From an uncultured Gammaproteobacteria bacterium (lineage in GTDB: Bacteria; Pseudomonadota; Gammaproteobacteria; JACCXJ01), in contig CAVXTM010000018.1 in the NCBI GenBank assembly GCA_963764725.1, positions 32,001 through 96,000 on the forward strand: DNA of 64,000 bases. Reading direction: 5' to 3'. The position numbers and the translations under genes are program-made. Below are positions 43,093 to 57,646 of the stretch, in pieces (the stretch's first letter is position 1; every line of letters starts with the position of its first letter). The notes beneath the pieces are model-generated. The model did not search any database, was not told the DNA's origin, and worked only from the letters and a program-made list of their open reading frames with translations.

Positions 43093-45026
43093 ATGCCGCG
43101 CGTCTTTCTCAACTACCGCCGCGATGATAGCGAAGGCATCGCCGGGCGGATCTTCGACCGCTTGCGTGATCGCTTCGGGCCGGAGAACGTCTTCCGAGAC
43201 CTCGACACCATCGCACCCGGGGCGGCGTTCGCGAGCGTGATCGGCGAGGAGATCGCAAAGTGCGATGCGTTGATCGCCATCATCGGCAATGATTGGCTCG
43301 AAGCGAAAGATGTCGAGGGCAAGCGCAGACTCGATAGTCCCCGTGATTTCGTCCGGACCGAAATCTCCGAAGCGTTCTCCCGTAAAAAGCTCGTCATCCC
43401 CACGCTGGTCAACGGCGCACGCATGCCCGGGGCCAAAGATTTGCCAGCGGAGATTACCTTACTGGCGGAACGCAATGCGATCGACATTAGTCCCGCTCGT
43501 TTCGAGCACGATATAGAGAGATTGATACAAGGAATCGCGGGGAACGTCACGCAACCGCAACCTCATCCCGGTGGCGCTGGATCAGCGATCCGAATCATCA
43601 GCGCACGCTCGGTGTCATCGGCGCTTTCATCGCGGCACTCGCCGCCGGAGGATGGCAACTATACGTACACTTCTTCGCTGCCTCAAAACCAGTTTCACCA
43701 ACGAGCGTCTCGGTCGGAGATGGTGGTATCGCCGGAAACGTTAACACTACGGCAGGGCCGGGCGGCGTGGCGGTCACTAATACAGGGGCCAATACCACCA
43801 TCAACATCGGCGTCACGCTCAAGGAACACGAAGAGCGCCTCAAACGCCTGGAACAAGAGCTACGTGCGGAGCTCGCCAAAACCAGCGCCGCCGAGAAAGA
43901 CAGACTTGCGCTCTTGGAGAAAGAGTTGGCCGCGGCCACCGCAAAGCGAGAAACGCCAGAAGCATCGCTGGCTGAGTTTAAGGCAACGCTGGCCGAGGCG
44001 ACCCAGGTCCTAGCGAAGTTCAAGGGAGATCTGCCTGAGGACCAGTTGAAACAAGCCCAGGCAGCGCTAGCCAATGGCAACACGGCCACTGCCGAAGCGC
44101 TCTTCGGCAAGGTGCTTGAGCAGGGCAAGGCGCAAGCCACCGCCATCAACGAAAAGGCAGCGGAAGCGGCATACCAATTAGGGGAGCTTGCCTACGAACA
44201 GATCGACTACAAGAAAGCCTATGCTTATTACCGGGAGGCGGCCAAGCTCGAGCCGGACAATCCGACGTACCTCAATATGGCGGGGAGACTTTCCCAGGAG
44301 GTCGGACGATACGCCGAGGCACAGCCCTTCCTCGAAGAAGCGCTCCAGATCCGCGAGAAGGCCCTCGGCCCCGAGCATCCCGATGTGGCTCTGAGCCTCA
44401 ACAACCTGGCGGCGCTCTACGACGACCAAGGCCAGTACGAGAAGGCCGAGCCGCTTTTCAACGCGCATTCGCCATCAATGAGGTTAAAGCCCTCGGGCCG
44501 GAACAACCACCCAGCGGTGGCCACGAGCCTCAACAACCTGGCGTCGCACTATGGCGACCAAGGCCAGTACGAGAAGGCCGAGCCGCTCTATCAACGCTCA
44601 CTCGCCATCCGCGAGAAGGCGCTCGGCCCCGATCATCCCGATGTGGCTATAAGCCTCAACAACCTGGCGATGCTCTACAACACCCAAGGCCAGTACGAGA
44701 AAGCCGAGCCGCTCTATCAACGCTCGCTCGCCATCCGCGAGAAGGCGCTCGGCCCCGATCATCCCGATGTGGCCGCAAGCCTCAACAACGTGGCGGGGCT
44801 CTACAACACCCAAGGCCAGTACGGGAAGGCCGAGCCACCCTACCAACGCGCACTCCAGATCCTTCAAAAAGCTCTGCCGTCGGACCATCCTAACCTCGTT
44901 CAGGTGATGGAAAATTACTCAGCGTTACTTGCAAAACTCAACCGCGATCCGGAGGCCAAAGAATGGCAGGTTAAGGCAGACGCCGCTCGTCGGCAGCACG
45001 CAGAAAAGAACCGTGGCGCGCCATGA
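43093..45026 (+). CDS. TIR - TM helix - coiled coil - TPR repeat protein, split by one frameshift near 43563
   Basis: TIR (VFLNYRRDD, DFVRTEI). The second frame gives TLGVIGAFIAALAAGGWQLY and then repeats of HPDVAxSLNNLAxLYxxQGQYEKAEPLY. Confidence 0.8.
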
Positions 45027-45111
45027 TGGCTACACGTCGGCAAGCAATGTTAAACCTGTTAGCTCTGTCGGTACGGGCGGGTTTATCTGAGTCCTGATCT
45101 CTAGACAACGC

Positions 45112-46788
45112 TCAGAACAAACCGACGACCTTCCCCTTATCGTCGATATCGATCTTCTCGGCGGCCGGGACTTTCGGCAGACCGGGCATGGTCATGATGT
45201 CGCCGCAGATCATGACAATGAATTCGGCGCCGGCCGAGAGCCTGACCTCACGGATGTTGATCACGTGACCAGCGGGGGCGCCCCGCGCCGCAATGTCGGT
45301 CGAGAATGAGTACTGGGTCTTGGCGACGCACACCGGATAGTGCCCGTAGCCGTCGTCTTGCAGCTTCTGGATCTGGGCCTTCACCTTGGCGTCCGCCGCA
45401 ATTCCCTGCGCGCCATAGGTCTTGGTCGCGATCGCATGCATCTTATCCCACAAGGGGGCCGAGTCCTCGTACAAGAAGCGGAAATTGCTTTGGCCTTTGG
45501 CGATCATGTCCACCACCGTGTGCGCCAGCTCCTCGGCGCCCTTGCCGCCCTCGGCCCAATGCCGCGCAAGCACAACCGGCGCGCCGTGCCCGGACATTTT
45601 GGTCTTGATCAATTCCACCTCGGCTTGGGTGTCCTGCGTGAAGTGATTGAGCGCCACGATACAGGGCAACCCGAACTGCGTGCCTATGTTGGAGACATGC
45701 CGCTCGAGATTCGTGAGTCCTTTCTCGAGCGCGCCGAGATTCTCGATGTTGAGCGATTTTAAATCTACGCCTCCGTGGTACTTGAGCGCGCGGATGGTGG
45801 CCACGATGACCACGGCGTCTGGCCGCAAACCGGATTTCCGGCACTTGATGTCGATGAATTTTTCCGCGCCGAGATCGGCGCCGAACCCGGCCTCGGTCAC
45901 CACATAATCGGAGAGCTTCAGCGCCGCCTTGGTGGCGATGACCGAATTGCAGCCGTGGGCGATGTTGGCAAAGGGCCCACCGTGGATGAAGGCCGGATTG
46001 TTCTCGAGGGTCTGGGCCAGATTCGGTTTCAGCGCGTCCTTCAGCAGCACCGTCATGGCGCCGTGGGCCTTGAGCTCGCGCGCCCGCACCGGTTGCTGTT
46101 CACGGGTGTAACCGACCACGATATTACCCAGTCGTTGTTTGAGATCTTCGACGGAATTCGCGAGACAGAAGATCGCCATGATCTCCGAGGCCACGACGAT
46201 GTCGAAACCGTCCTGCCGCGGGAAGCCGTTAGCAGGACCACCGAGCGCGGCGGTGATATCGCGCAAGGCTCGGTCGTTCATGTCCACGACCCGCCGCCAG
46301 GTGATCCGGCGCACATCCACCCCGAGCGCATTGCCGTGATGGATGTGGTTGTCCAGCAGCGCCGCCAAGAGGTTGTTGGCGAGACCGATAGCGTTGAAAT
46401 CGCCGGTAAAGTGCAGGTTGATGTCCTCCATGGGCACCACCTGGGCATAGCCGCCGCCCGCCGCCCCGCCTTTCATTCCAAAGACCGGTCCGAGCGAGGG
46501 CTCGCGCAGACAAATGCAGGCTTTCTTCCCGAGGCGATTGAGCGCATCCCCGAGTCCGACCGTCGTCGTGGTCTTACCTTCGCCGGCCGGGGTCGGCGTC
46601 ATGGCCGTGACCAGGATCAGCTTCCCGTCTGGACGGCTAGCCAGACTATCGATGTAGTCTAAAGACAGCTTCGCTTTAAAATGGCCGTAGGGTTCGAGGT
46701 GCTCATCCGCGATCCCGAGACGATCGCGGGCCATATCGATGATGCGCTTGAGTCCTGCTGCTTGGGCGATTTCGATGTCAGAAGCCAT
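45112..46788 (-). CDS. fhs: Formate--tetrahydrofolate ligase
   Basis: [32 protein letters not shown] and MTMPGLP. Confidence 0.97.
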   Translation of the reverse strand: MASDIEIAQAAGLKRIIDMARDRLGIADEHLEPYGHFKAKLSLDYIDSLASRPDGKLILVTAMTPTPAGEGKTTTTVGLGDALNRLGKKACICLREPSLGPVFGMKGGAAGGGYAQVVPMEDINLHFTGDFNAIGLANNLLAALLDNHIHHGNALGVDVRRITWRRVVDMNDRALRDITAALGGPANGFPRQDGFDIVVASEIMAIFCLANSVEDLKQRLGNIVVGYTREQQPVRARELKAHGAMTVLLKDALKPNLAQTLENNPAFIHGGPFANIAHGCNSVIATKAALKLSDYVVTEAGFGADLGAEKFIDIKCRKSGLRPDAVVIVATIRALKYHGGVDLKSLNIENLGALEKGLTNLERHVSNIGTQFGLPCIVALNHFTQDTQAEVELIKTKMSGHGAPVVLARHWAEGGKGAEELAHTVVDMIAKGQSNFRFLYEDSAPLWDKMHAIATKTYGAQGIAADAKVKAQIQKLQDDGYGHYPVCVAKTQYSFSTDIAARGAPAGHVINIREVRLSAGAEFIVMICGDIMTMPGLPKVPAAEKIDIDDKGKVVGLF

Positions 46789-47070
46789 GCCAGTCCTCCG
46801 ATGATTTATGGCCGCACACGCTAGGAGTGCGGCCTTGTTTGTCATTTTGCGACAGCGGTTTTTTTAACCGGATTAATAGTACCCCCTTCGTCCGTTGCAG
46901 AAGGAGGTGCGTAACGAACGCCATTTCTTTTGTTACCCTCACCCCAACCCTCTCCCAGAGGGAGAGGCAATTGCGTTGTTCCGGCATTAAAGCCACCAGG
47001 GCTATTTTGCGGCTTTATTCTAGCGTAGCGCTGCGAATTGTGAACAAGGTTCAGTCCAGAACGAGACGCT

Positions 47071-47991
47071 TTACTCCAGTTGATCTTTCTCCGAAGCGCC
47101 TACGACCCCAGCCGCCATCTCTTCGGTGCTGGACACCGGGGTTTTCGAACCTGCCATGGCCAAGACCCCTGACGCGCCAATCAAAACCGCGCCCGCGATC
47201 GTCATGCCGTCCGGGATCTCACTCCAGAGGATCCAGCCGATGGCGCTCGCGAAGATCACGGTCGTATAGGTATAAGGACCCACGCGCGCCGCCGGGGCGA
47301 GCGCATAGCCACGGGTGAGCAATAATTGCCCCTTGGTCGCAAACAAACCCGCGAGCGCCATGAGCGCAAGCGCCGGCACGGTGGGCGTTTGCCAGGTCCA
47401 GAGCAAGGGCACGGCGGAAACGACCGTGCTGACGGCGCTAAAGTAAAAAACGGTACGCACCGTGGGCTCGGTCGCGGCCATTCCGCGCACCGATACCATC
47501 GCGACCGCGGCCAGCAAGCCCGATAGGGCTCCGATCATTGCGGCGAAAGTGAAGAGCCCGTGTCCGGGGTTCAGGATCAAGGCCACCCCCAGAAACCCGA
47601 CCACTGCCGCCCAACCCACCCGCCACGACATCGTCTCCCCCAGCCACAGCAACGCGATGGGCGCGATGTAGAGCGGCGCGCTGAAGTTGAGCAGCACGGC
47701 CTCGCCGAGATTCAAGTGCGCAAGCGCATAGAAGAAGCAATACATCGCGGCTAGCCCCGCGAACGATCGCAGCAAGTGCTGCGGGAATTGCGCCGTTGCG
47801 AGGCTCGACACGCCGCCGTAGGCGCGGATCCAAGGCAGCAGCGCCACCAAGCCGAAGCCATTGCGCAGAAACACCACCATCTCGTTCTCGAGCTCGCCGG
47901 AGGCGATGCGGATCGCCGTGCTCATGAGCGCCATCATTAGCGAGGCGCCAACGGCACAAAGGGCGCCACGGGTCATAGCGTGAATTACCAT
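47071..47991 (-). CDS. DMT/EamA family transporter
   Basis: ~10 TM segments; WLGE and WSEIPD motifs. Confidence 0.88.
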   Translation of the reverse strand: MVIHAMTRGALCAVGASLMMALMSTAIRIASGELENEMVVFLRNGFGLVALLPWIRAYGGVSSLATAQFPQHLLRSFAGLAAMYCFFYALAHLNLGEAVLLNFSAPLYIAPIALLWLGETMSWRVGWAAVVGFLGVALILNPGHGLFTFAAMIGALSGLLAAVAMVSVRGMAATEPTVRTVFYFSAVSTVVSAVPLLWTWQTPTVPALALMALAGLFATKGQLLLTRGYALAPAARVGPYTYTTVIFASAIGWILWSEIPDGMTIAGAVLIGASGVLAMAGSKTPVSSTEEMAAGVVGASEKDQLE

Positions 47992-48019
47992 CTCGGCTCT
48001 GCTTCTCAATAAAAACGCG

Positions 48020-48146
48020 CGTTCATTCAATGATACCCCGCTGCTTGCGGCGGGCACTTTAGCGTTGGGGTTTCCAAAGGGGAGTAGTGCAACTCTCCCC
48101 TTTGGTCAAGGGCGGGGTTCATACCCGCCCGCGAAGTATATTGATT
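48020..48146 (-). repeat. ~125-bp palindromic repeat, copy 3
   Basis: Reverse complement of 6-130. Confidence 0.88.
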
Positions 48147-48332
48147 CTATCCCAGGCCCGGGCGCAGGCACGAAATTCCTGGCGCCAAAGCACGGCCCAG
48201 GCCGCTCTCGAGCGTTGACGTTGGCAACATCGGAAACAGCGCCGTCCAAAGTTACCAAATGACCTCTGATCTGGTAGCATCGTGCCGCATGCGCGCTCAA
48301 TGCACCTTATTCGGCCGTCCCAGGCTGCCTAG

Positions 48333-52098
<3,766 letters not shown>

Positions 52099-52107
52099 TT
52101 ACCTGGT

Positions 52108-52230
52108 AAAATCAATTTTACTTCGCGGGCGGGGTACGAGCCCCTTGACCAAAAGGGGAGAGTTGCACTACTCCCCTTTGGGAACCCCAATGCTAAAGTG
52201 CCTGCCGTAAACGGCGGGGTATTCAGAATG
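52108..52230 (+). repeat. ~125-bp palindromic repeat, copy 4
   Basis: Direct match to 6-130; sits between eno and ftsB. Confidence 0.9.
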
Positions 52231-52275
52231 AATCATCGCTACAGGGTGCGTGGAACATTGCGTGATCTCAAGCCG

Positions 52276-52578
52276 ATGACGCCGCTTGCGCTCATTCTCC
52301 TCCTGCTGCTGGGCGGATTGCAGTACAAGCTTTGGAACGGCCAGGGAGGTCTCCTGGAGTGGTGGGCGTTGCGCGAGCAGAAACACAACCAGATCCTTGA
52401 AAACCGGCGGCTCAAAGAGCGCAACAGCAGTTTGGAGGCTGAGGTTGCCGATCTTAAAGACGGGCTGGAAGCCATCGAAGAGCGGGCACGCAGCGAGATG
52501 GGAATGATCAAGACCGACGAGGTGTTCTATCAGATCATCGATACCGGACCGCGTAAATCGATCGACCCGGTCCGCTGA
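52276..52578 (+). CDS. ftsB: Cell division protein FtsB
   Basis: LQYKLWNGQGG and AIEERARSEMGMIK; eno-ftsB-ispD synteny. Confidence 0.92.
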   Translation: MTPLALILLLLLGGLQYKLWNGQGGLLEWWALREQKHNQILENRRLKERNSSLEAEVADLKDGLEAIEERARSEMGMIKTDEVFYQIIDTGPRKSIDPVR

Positions 52579-52588
52579 GCGGTATTGG

Positions 52589-53266
52589 GTGGCCATCCCC
52601 GCGGCGGGGAAAGGCGCGCGGATCGGCACCGATCTGCCGAAGCAGTATCTTCCCCTTCTCGGCAAACCGATCATCGCGCATACGTTGGAGCGATTTCTCG
52701 AGCTACCGGCCATCGATGGAATCGTGGTTGCTATCGCGGCCGACGACCGTTATTGGGATTCGATAACTATCAGCAATCGAGGCAAAGTCTCTACCGTCGC
52801 GGGCGGCGCCGAACGCTGTCATTCGGTACTGGCGGCCCTGGAAAACCTGTTACGGCGAGCCAGTCCCGGAGACTGGGTATTGGTACACGACGCCGCGCGT
52901 CCCTGTGTTCGGGCTAAAGACATCGGCCGTCTCATAGAGCGCTGCTCGCGGCATGAGACGGGCGGGCTTTTGGCCTTGCCGGTACGCGACACCATGAAGC
53001 GCGCGGATGACGCTCAGGAGGTCGTTGAGACCGTATCGCGCGCGCGCCTTTGGCATGCCCTGACCCCGCAGATGTTTCGTCTCGGCGCGCTCTACCAGGC
53101 GCTCACCGAAGCCCTGCGTGAGGGACGGATCGTCACCGACGAGGCCGAGGCCATGGAGCTCATGGGCCATACGCCCTGTCTGGTGGAAGGCCATCCCGAT
53201 AACATCAAGATCACCCGCTCCGAAGATGTCGCGTTGGCCGAGTCTTTCCTGAGAGCTTGTGAATAA
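52589..53266 (+). CDS. ispD: MEP cytidylyltransferase (start uncertain)
   Basis: [18 protein letters not shown] and NIKIT. Confidence 0.93.
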   Translation: MAIPAAGKGARIGTDLPKQYLPLLGKPIIAHTLERFLELPAIDGIVVAIAADDRYWDSITISNRGKVSTVAGGAERCHSVLAALENLLRRASPGDWVLVHDAARPCVRAKDIGRLIERCSRHETGGLLALPVRDTMKRADDAQEVVETVSRARLWHALTPQMFRLGALYQALTEALREGRIVTDEAEAMELMGHTPCLVEGHPDNIKITRSEDVALAESFLRACE

Positions 53267-53462
53267 ATCTACTGCGCAGCCCGCCCGCATCGTTGCGCGG
53301 TGCTCGGAATCCTCATGTATTTCCATATACACTGCGGTTGCTCGCCCCATCCTTGGGACTCGCCCCTTCGGGGCTTGCGCTCCGTTTCGCTCCCGGCGAA
53401 ACGGTCCTGCGCGCCGTGCGCCTCGCGGGCGGGCGTGCTCGCTACGATTTCTTCACAAGCTC
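53253..53462. mobile_element. 210-bp MITE inserted in the ispD 3' end
   Basis: GAGCTTGTGAATAAATC ... GATTTCTTCACAAGCTC, with TGA on both flanks. Confidence 0.85.
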
Positions 53463-53487
53463 TGAGCAGCTTTCGGCAAGAAGCGCT

Positions 53488-53958
53488 ATGCGAATAGGTC
53501 ACGGCTACGACGCGCATCGTCTCGTCAGCGGGCGCGCGCTTGTCCTAGGCGGGGTGAGCATTCCGCACGACCGCGGCCTGCTCGCCCACTCCGACGGCGA
53601 CGCGCTGATTCACGCTATTTGCGACGCGCTGTTGGGAGCGGCGGCGCTCGGCGATATCGGTAAGTTTTTCCCGGACACCCAAGCGGAATGGAAAGGGGTG
53701 GACAGCCGGGTGCTGCTGCGCGAGGTGGTGGCGATGCTCGCGCGGAAAGGATTCCGCATCGCCAACGTCGATGCCACGATCGTGGCGCAACGCCCGAAGC
53801 TCGCACCTTACTTTCCGGCCATGCGGGAACACCTTGCCGCCGATCTCAAGATCGCGATCGAAAGGGTCAACGTCAAGGGAACGACGACCGAGGGCATGGG
53901 CTTCGCCGGCCGCGAGGAAGGCATCGCCGCCCATGCCGTTGCATTGCTCGAAGAATAG
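53488..53958 (+). CDS. ispF: MECDP synthase
   Basis: [15 protein letters not shown] and TTEGMGF.GR.EGIAA. Confidence 0.96.
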   Translation: MRIGHGYDAHRLVSGRALVLGGVSIPHDRGLLAHSDGDALIHAICDALLGAAALGDIGKFFPDTQAEWKGVDSRVLLREVVAMLARKGFRIANVDATIVAQRPKLAPYFPAMREHLAADLKIAIERVNVKGTTTEGMGFAGREEGIAAHAVALLEE

Positions 53959-54288
53959 AGAATACGATCTATACTCTTTCGAGTCGCACGCCCCGCCTGG
54001 TACCCAGACATACCCAGACTCGCGCGTGTTTTTTTTAACGTGTGAAAAACCGAGGATCGTTTTCGAGCCGGTAATCCGACAGCGGATATTCCTTCGCTCG
54101 GGTTTTCCGAACTTCGCCATTTCGCAAAGTTTCCCGTCAGACCGTAAAACAACCCGAATTTCGTCCACTCGCAATCGGTGAGCGGCCGTATGTGGTTGCA
54201 CGGCGTATAGAGAGGGCCGGGCAAAGCACCGGAGCCACATAGCCCGCCAAATTCTCTAAACGGGCTATCCACTTAACGCAAGTCACCG

Positions 54289-55254
54289 CTATATGTTGGG
54301 GTCCGGGCTGTTGACGATTTGGCGGTAAGACACTGGCGGCGTCGCCACGGCCTGTTGCATCAGGCGGTAGAAGAGAAGCCCGCGGGAGCGAGAGGTGCGC
54401 CGGTTGAAGCGAAACGTGTATTCGTCGAGGTAGTAGTCGAGGTACCTGCCACTTACCGCGCCTTGGTGAGTTCCGAGCAGCCAGCGTTTGAGCAGAGAGG
54501 CGATGCGGTGGACACCGGGCATCAGGACATGGGCCGGGTCTCCGCTGTCGGAGAGATTCGTCTTGATGCGCGTATATCCAGACTTCGTCATGTCGTTGTA
54601 CCCGCCCCAGGCGTCGGTGAGAACTTCCGAACCGGGCTCAATGCTCTCGCGCACGAAAGGGACGAGATTGGCGCCGGAGGCGTCGGCCACACGTCTCATG
54701 CGCACGCGTCCAAATCCCTTCGGTTCGTGTAGTTCGACGGCGATGACCACAATCTCCTTTCGTTCTGCTCCACGGCCACGCTTACCGCCTTTTTCGCTGC
54801 CTCCTACGAGCGTCTCGTCCACTTCAACGCGACCATGAAGCCGCTCGCGCCCAGCTCGCACCATCGCGCGTCGCAGCTTATGCAACCAGGTCCATGCCGT
54901 TTGATAGCTTCCCAACCCCAGAACCCGCTTCAGGCCGAGAGCGTTGGCTCCATGCTTCTGACTCGTCACAAACCATATCGCCGCCAACCATGTCTTCAAC
55001 GGGATACGCGTTCGCTCGAACATCGTACCTGCCGTGACCGAGATCTCTGCACCGCAATCCCGACAATGCAGGTAACCTCGTCCCGTGATCCAGGGCGCAC
55101 CGCTGGACCCACAGCGTGGACAGTGGTAACCCGCTGGCCAGCGAAGGCCCGCAAGATACTCGCGACAGCCCGCATCGTCCTCGAAAAAATCATTGAACTC
55201 GCCGAATGTCCGAGGGTAGTCGGACCCGCCGACTGGCCCTTCCCCTGTCCCCAT
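54289..55254 (-). CDS. IS1595-family transposase
   Basis: Zn ribbon (CPRC...CRDC), VEVDET, TDAW and YLDEYTFRFNRR. Confidence 0.95.
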   Translation of the reverse strand: MGTGEGPVGGSDYPRTFGEFNDFFEDDAGCREYLAGLRWPAGYHCPRCGSSGAPWITGRGYLHCRDCGAEISVTAGTMFERTRIPLKTWLAAIWFVTSQKHGANALGLKRVLGLGSYQTAWTWLHKLRRAMVRAGRERLHGRVEVDETLVGGSEKGGKRGRGAERKEIVVIAVELHEPKGFGRVRMRRVADASGANLVPFVRESIEPGSEVLTDAWGGYNDMTKSGYTRIKTNLSDSGDPAHVLMPGVHRIASLLKRWLLGTHQGAVSGRYLDYYLDEYTFRFNRRTSRSRGLLFYRLMQQAVATPPVSYRQIVNSPDPNI

Positions 55255-55267
55255 GGGTAGCAAACAC

Positions 55268-56525
55268 TAGTATAACGATTCTATAAAACATTTACTTTTA
55301 TGAGTAGCGGTGTCATCCTGGCTTCCCAGGCTTATCCATGGTCTGGGAGGGTGATGATGGCGGGAAAGACAAGGCGGGCGGCGCTGGAGGTTTCGGCAGA
55401 TGAACGCGAGAGGTTGGAGCGTTTGCGGGATTCGCGCAAGGCGCCGAAGCGGGAAGTCGAACGCGCGGCGATCCTGCTGCGCTACGCCGTGGGTGAGGGT
55501 CCGGCGGCGATCCAACAGGCGTTGGGGGTGAGCCGGCCGACTATTTACAAATGCATCGACAAGGCGCTGGCGGCCGGGGTGGACGCTGGACTGAAAGATC
55601 ACTACCACCGCCCCAAGGAGCCGCTGATTACACAGCAGGCGAAGGCGTGGGTGTTGAGATAGCGTGCACGAAGCCCACCGATCACGGCTTGGCGGCGGAG
55701 TTGTGGACGCTCTCCGCGCTCGCCCGCTATACCCGCGAGCACGCCGCTGTCGCGGGGCATGGGAGCCTGGCGCAGGCGGGCAAGGCGACGATCTGGCGCA
55801 TCCTGCACGCTGCTGAGATCAAACCCCATAAGGTGGAGTACTACCTGGAGCGCCGCGATGCGCAGTTTGAAGAGAAAATGTGCGAGGTGTTGATGGTCTA
55901 CCAGGAAGTCGCCCTTGCCAATGCCGCGCAGGCCTTGGGCGAGGACGCCGGTTCGGTCATTACCGTCAGCGTGGACGAGAAACCGGGCGTTCAGGCGATC
56001 GAGACTACCGCGCCCGATTTGCCGCCGGTGCCAGGGCAGCACGGCACCTGGAGTCGGGACCACGAGTACCAGCGCCATGGAACCCTGTCCATTCTCGCGG
56101 CCGTGGACTTGCACACCGGCGAAGTCATCGCACAAGTTCATCCGCGCCACCGTAGCCGCGAGTTCATCCTGCTGCTCAAGGAACTCGATGAGCACTACCC
56201 GAAGGCGTGCACCATTCGCGTGATCCTGGACAACCATTCAGCGCATATCTCCAAGGAAACCATGGCCTACCTCGCTTCGCGGCCCAACCGGTTCATCTAC
56301 GTCCATACGCCTAAGCACGGCTCTTGGCTGAACCTGATCGAAACCGTGTTCGGAAAAATGGCCCGTACGTTCCTCAAGGCTATACGCGTCAAGTCTCGCG
56401 AGGAACTTAAGAAGCGCATCTTGCAAGGTGTGCATGAGATGAATCTCGCCCCAGTCGTTGTGCGCTGGACGAAGTTCGATCTGGGGCTGGCATAACAGTA
56501 AGCTAATTGATGAATCGTTATACTA
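55268..56525 (+). mobile_element. IS630-family element; transposase 55354-56495 split by a frameshift near 55656
   Basis: TIRs TAGTATAACGATTC / GAATCGTTATACTA at a CTAG site; SVDEKPG, LDNHSAH and SWLNLIE. Confidence 0.92.
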
Positions 56526-56676
56526 GATGTTGTGGTGACTTGCGTCAAGTGGATAGCCCGTTTCTCTAAAACACGGCTTGATGTTACGAAGGGCTTAGTG
56601 AAGTTCTCGCGAAGCAACGCGATTCGGTCATATATCATGGCTTAAAGTCGTGTTAATCGACTCGCAGTCACTACTA

Positions 56677-56705
56677 TTGACAACAGCGTTGAGGGCGACT
56701 ACATT
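56677..56705 (+). promoter_or_regulatory. Sigma70 promoter of the retron operon
   Basis: TTGACA-17 bp-TACATT. Confidence 0.8.
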
Positions 56706-56711
56706 ACGCTC

Positions 56712-57060
56712 GGGCGCTGGTTATCCGGCGTACTCAGCTCTTTGACAAGACGGAGCCTCAGCGCAAGACCTTAAGCGGTACGGATTTGTTCGTGCCGAAG
56801 TTGGGGGCTAAGCCCCCCTGAATGGCCCGCGATATCCTCGTGGGCCGCGTGCTCGAAGCACGCATGCTCCTCTCATCTCGATCTGCTCGGCATGGCAGCA
56901 CGGTAATTCGTTTGACGCCTTGAGATCAGATATGTAGGGGGCAAGAGCGCGCACATGCGCTCGCGAAATCTGAGTCACTCGGTCCACTCGGGCCTCTCTC
57001 GGGGTCTTGCCACACGGGCAAGGGGCAATTTGGCCCCTGTTCAGAGAGGTTTTGTCATGA
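56712..57060 (+). ncRNA. Predicted retron ncRNA (msr/msd-like structured leader)
   Basis: At least 7 stem-loops; GCAAGACC (56763-56770) pairs with GGTCTTGC (57003-57010); lies upstream of a retron RT. Confidence 0.75.
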
Positions 57061-57284
57061 AAAGCATTGCGCTGAAGGAAGCACTGCGGCTGATCACCAA
57101 AGTGCAGACTAACCCGAGAGTAGGACCTGGCCAAGGAGATCAGTTGCAAAAGGCGAAACGAGAACTGGAGTCAATCGCACGATCCGGCAAGCTGGATAGG
57201 CAAAAAGTCTTTCTAGCTATCGAGATCGTTGCGACAGTTCTTCTAGAACTCGTTGAGGACGATGCAACCCGAAGGTCGGAGTGA
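57057..57284 (+). CDS. 75-aa small helical protein, candidate retron effector
   Basis: GAGAGG RBS then ATG at 57057; overlaps the HTH gene through GTGA. Confidence 0.7.
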   Translation: MKSIALKEALRLITKVQTNPRVGPGQGDQLQKAKRELESIARSGKLDRQKVFLAIEIVATVLLELVEDDATRRSE

Positions 57285-57646
57285 TTCAGAATCTAATGCA
57301 ACAAGACTACGCCAAAGCGTTCCGTATCATCCGCGCGGCCTTCGGACTCCGACAGTCCGAACTGGCCGAGCGGATGCCCATTACCGCGAGCCAGCTCTCG
57401 CTCATAGAAGCCGGGAAGCGCCAGCCGAGTCTGCGTGTAGTGAATGGTTTGGCAAACGCGGTCGGTGTGCCGGCCGCACTGATTTCCCTGCTCGCATCTA
57501 CTGCGAACGACGTTGAATCGAAACCGGACGAGGACATCTCCGACCTCGCTCGTGCGCTCCTGCGGCTCCTCGTGTCAGCGAGGGAAGAGCCTCAGCGCTC
57601 GTTCAAATTTCAGGGAGTAGGAGGTGCAACCGATCCTATCTGTTAG
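57281..57646 (+). CDS. XRE/Cro-C1 HTH protein, retron-associated
   Basis: GLRQSELAERMPITASQLSLIEAGKRQPSL. Confidence 0.88.
   Translation: MIQNLMQQDYAKAFRIIRAAFGLRQSELAERMPITASQLSLIEAGKRQPSLRVVNGLANAVGVPAALISLLASTANDVESKPDEDISDLARALLRLLVSAREEPQRSFKFQGVGGATDPIC

Larger units (their letters stand above)
54260..56561 (-). mobile_element. IS1595-family element carrying a nested IS630
   Basis: TIRs ACGGGCTATCCACTTAACGCAAGTCACC / GGTGACTTGCGTCAAGTGGATAGCCCGT; 8-bp TSD TTCTCTAA. Confidence 0.92.

Noticed and set aside
44330-44860. Regular ~126-bp direct repeats resembling an array
   Set aside because: They are in-frame 42-aa TPR coding repeats with no unique spacers; not CRISPR. No CRISPR array or cas gene was seen in the window.
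45775-46662. Long antisense ORFs opposite fhs, and similar ones opposite eno, rng, mnmG and hyf genes
   Set aside because: These are shadow ORFs expected from high-GC codon bias and carry no motifs.
53293-53487. 65-aa N-terminal extension of IspF
   Set aside because: It is an open frame through the MITE; the canonical start MRIGHG is at 53488.
53960-54259. Gene interrupted by IS1595 (minus-strand ORFs 53545-54240, 53808-54272, 56297-56638)
   Set aside because: Rejoining the empty site gave no recognisable protein or convincing continuous ORF.
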